Origin: an uncultured Verrucomicrobiae bacterium
GTDB taxonomy: Bacteria > Verrucomicrobiota > Verrucomicrobiia > Chthoniobacterales > Chthoniobacteraceae
NCBI GenBank assembly: GCA_963769025.1
Contig: CAVYKI010000009.1
Location: forward strand, 1,292,015-1,356,014
Length of the DNA: 64,000 nt
Direction of reading: 5' to 3'
Shown: positions 63,002-64,000 of the stretch, piece by piece
Layout: each line of letters opens with the position of its first letter
Numbering within the stretch: the stretch's first letter is position 1
Notes under the pieces: generated by a model
Seen by the model: only the letters and a program-made list of their open reading frames with translations
Told to the model about the DNA's origin: nothing
Database searches by the model: none
Program-made: the position numbers and the translations under genes

Positions 63002-63205
63002 TTTTTTGGCCCGTGCTTTGTTGGTTTTCTTACCCCGGCCCGAGCCGCTCTTCTTTCCTCCACCGTCCATTTTGTTCACGGTGGCCCACGCGCGGGCGGC
63101 AGCTTCTTTTTTTGGCACACCCCGATCTTCGTAGCCTTCCTCGATGTGCTCGGCTTGACGCTTCTGTTTGGCGGTGTAGCTGCGTTTGTCTCCTCTGGGT
63201 GTCAT
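62984..63205 (-). pseudogene. Small basic protein (PRGDK..Y..KQKRQAEHIE family, often annotated 'plasmid stabilization protein'), interrupted by ISL3
   Basis: Recognisable N-terminus ...RAWATVNK.DGGG; the last codons (GSSGE) are read from the IS end at 63001. Confidence 0.65.
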
Positions 63206-63363
63206 AAGAGCGGCTTTTCTGGTACCATCGCCCGGGACTCGTGCCCTGGACGTATTTCACGATCCAAAACGGCATGCACGATCGCGGCAAAACCGGACAG
63301 GGGACCCGCAAATCCTCCATTTGCATACGGCCAACAGAGCGCTGATTTCGATCCCGAAGCGCT

Positions 63364-63552
63364 ATGCCTGATGAAAAAGAGACGACACGAACTGGAGCGT
63401 CCAAACCTCGTGAGACCCGACATCTCGCCGAGCGGCAAAAGCGAGCACTCGACCTGCAAGCCGAGGCCGAGCACGCCAGCGGACGCGAGCGGGAAAAACT
63501 GACGAAGGAAAGCAAGCAGTTGGGAGAGAAGAAAAGCCCCCGACGTTCGTGA
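63364..63552 (+). CDS. Small charged hypothetical protein
   Basis: 62-aa hydrophilic ORF co-oriented with csbD; no motif recognised. Confidence 0.35.
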   Translation: MPDEKETTRTGASKPRETRHLAERQKRALDLQAEAEHASGREREKLTKESKQLGEKKSPRRS

Positions 63553-63613
63553 CGGGAGCATCGGCAAAGTTTCACCCATCCATCCCGCGCGCGAGTGGCG
63601 ATCCACGTTTGCT

Positions 63614-63799
63614 ATGAATAAACTCCAACTCAAAGGCTCTTGGAACGAGCTCAAAGGCAAGCTGAAGCAGAAATACGCTAACCTCACCGACGACGATCTC
63701 ACGTTCGCCGAAGGTAAGGACGACGAGTTGCTGGGACGCCTGCAAAAGAAGCTCGGCCGTACGAAGGACCAGATCCGCGACGAAATTGAGGCGCTGTAG
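63614..63799 (+). CDS. csbD: CsbD/YjbJ family general stress protein
   Basis: [23 protein letters not shown]...[15 protein letters not shown]. Confidence 0.93.
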   Translation: MNKLQLKGSWNELKGKLKQKYANLTDDDLTFAEGKDDELLGRLQKKLGRTKDQIRDEIEAL

Positions 63800-64000
63800 T
63801 CTCGTCCATTCGTTTCGGAGCAGCGGCGCGGTCTCGCACGAGTCTGCGCCGCTTTCTTTTTATCACCTTTCATTCGGTTCCTTCCCGTAGGTCATGCAGG
63901 TTACAGCACTCGCCTTCTTCCCCTTCGCGCCACGGTTCGCGCTATTGGCGTCCACAGCTTTCGGACGAGTCCCGCAATGCGCATGAATGAACGAATTCCA

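Noticed and set aside
1..64000. tRNA, rRNA, tmRNA or known riboswitches
   Set aside because: None recognised by eye in the intergenic regions; tRNAscan-SE and Infernal/Rfam would be needed to exclude them.

Overview
High-GC bacterial chromosomal window. The gene content (three DUF1501 genes, two planctomycete-cytochrome-c/DUF1549/DUF1553 genes, sulfatases, PVC-type heme proteins, an RRM protein) points to the PVC superphylum, most likely Verrucomicrobiota; this is an inference. Bases 1 to ~58830 are mostly housekeeping and PVC-typical genes: dnaJ-grpE, rlmN, 2-oxoacid:ferredoxin oxidoreductase, rpmB, obgE, trpA, queE-queD, fcl, deoB-pdp, and a six-gene RDD-SpoIIM-DUF4129-DUF4350-MoxR-DUF58 operon. 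Many genes, including normally essential ones, carry single-base frameshifts, most likely long-read consensus errors. From ~58840 to 64000 the region looks accessory. It holds a large LRR-Roc GTPase-COR-TIR (Roco-TIR) gene with 15 near-identical, mosaic 66-bp repeats. The 5' end of that gene is fused to a truncated ISL3 element, followed by small stress-type genes (CsbD). The Roco-TIR receptor is the best candidate for an immune-like system. Other leads are a signal-peptide PD-(D/E)xK nuclease-like gene behind deoB-pdp, an Rsm22/METTL17-like gene before obgE, an rpmB-small protein-COG0523 unit and a structured RRM leader. No tRNA, rRNA or CRISPR array was recognised. All family calls come from motif recognition by eye, not from database searches.
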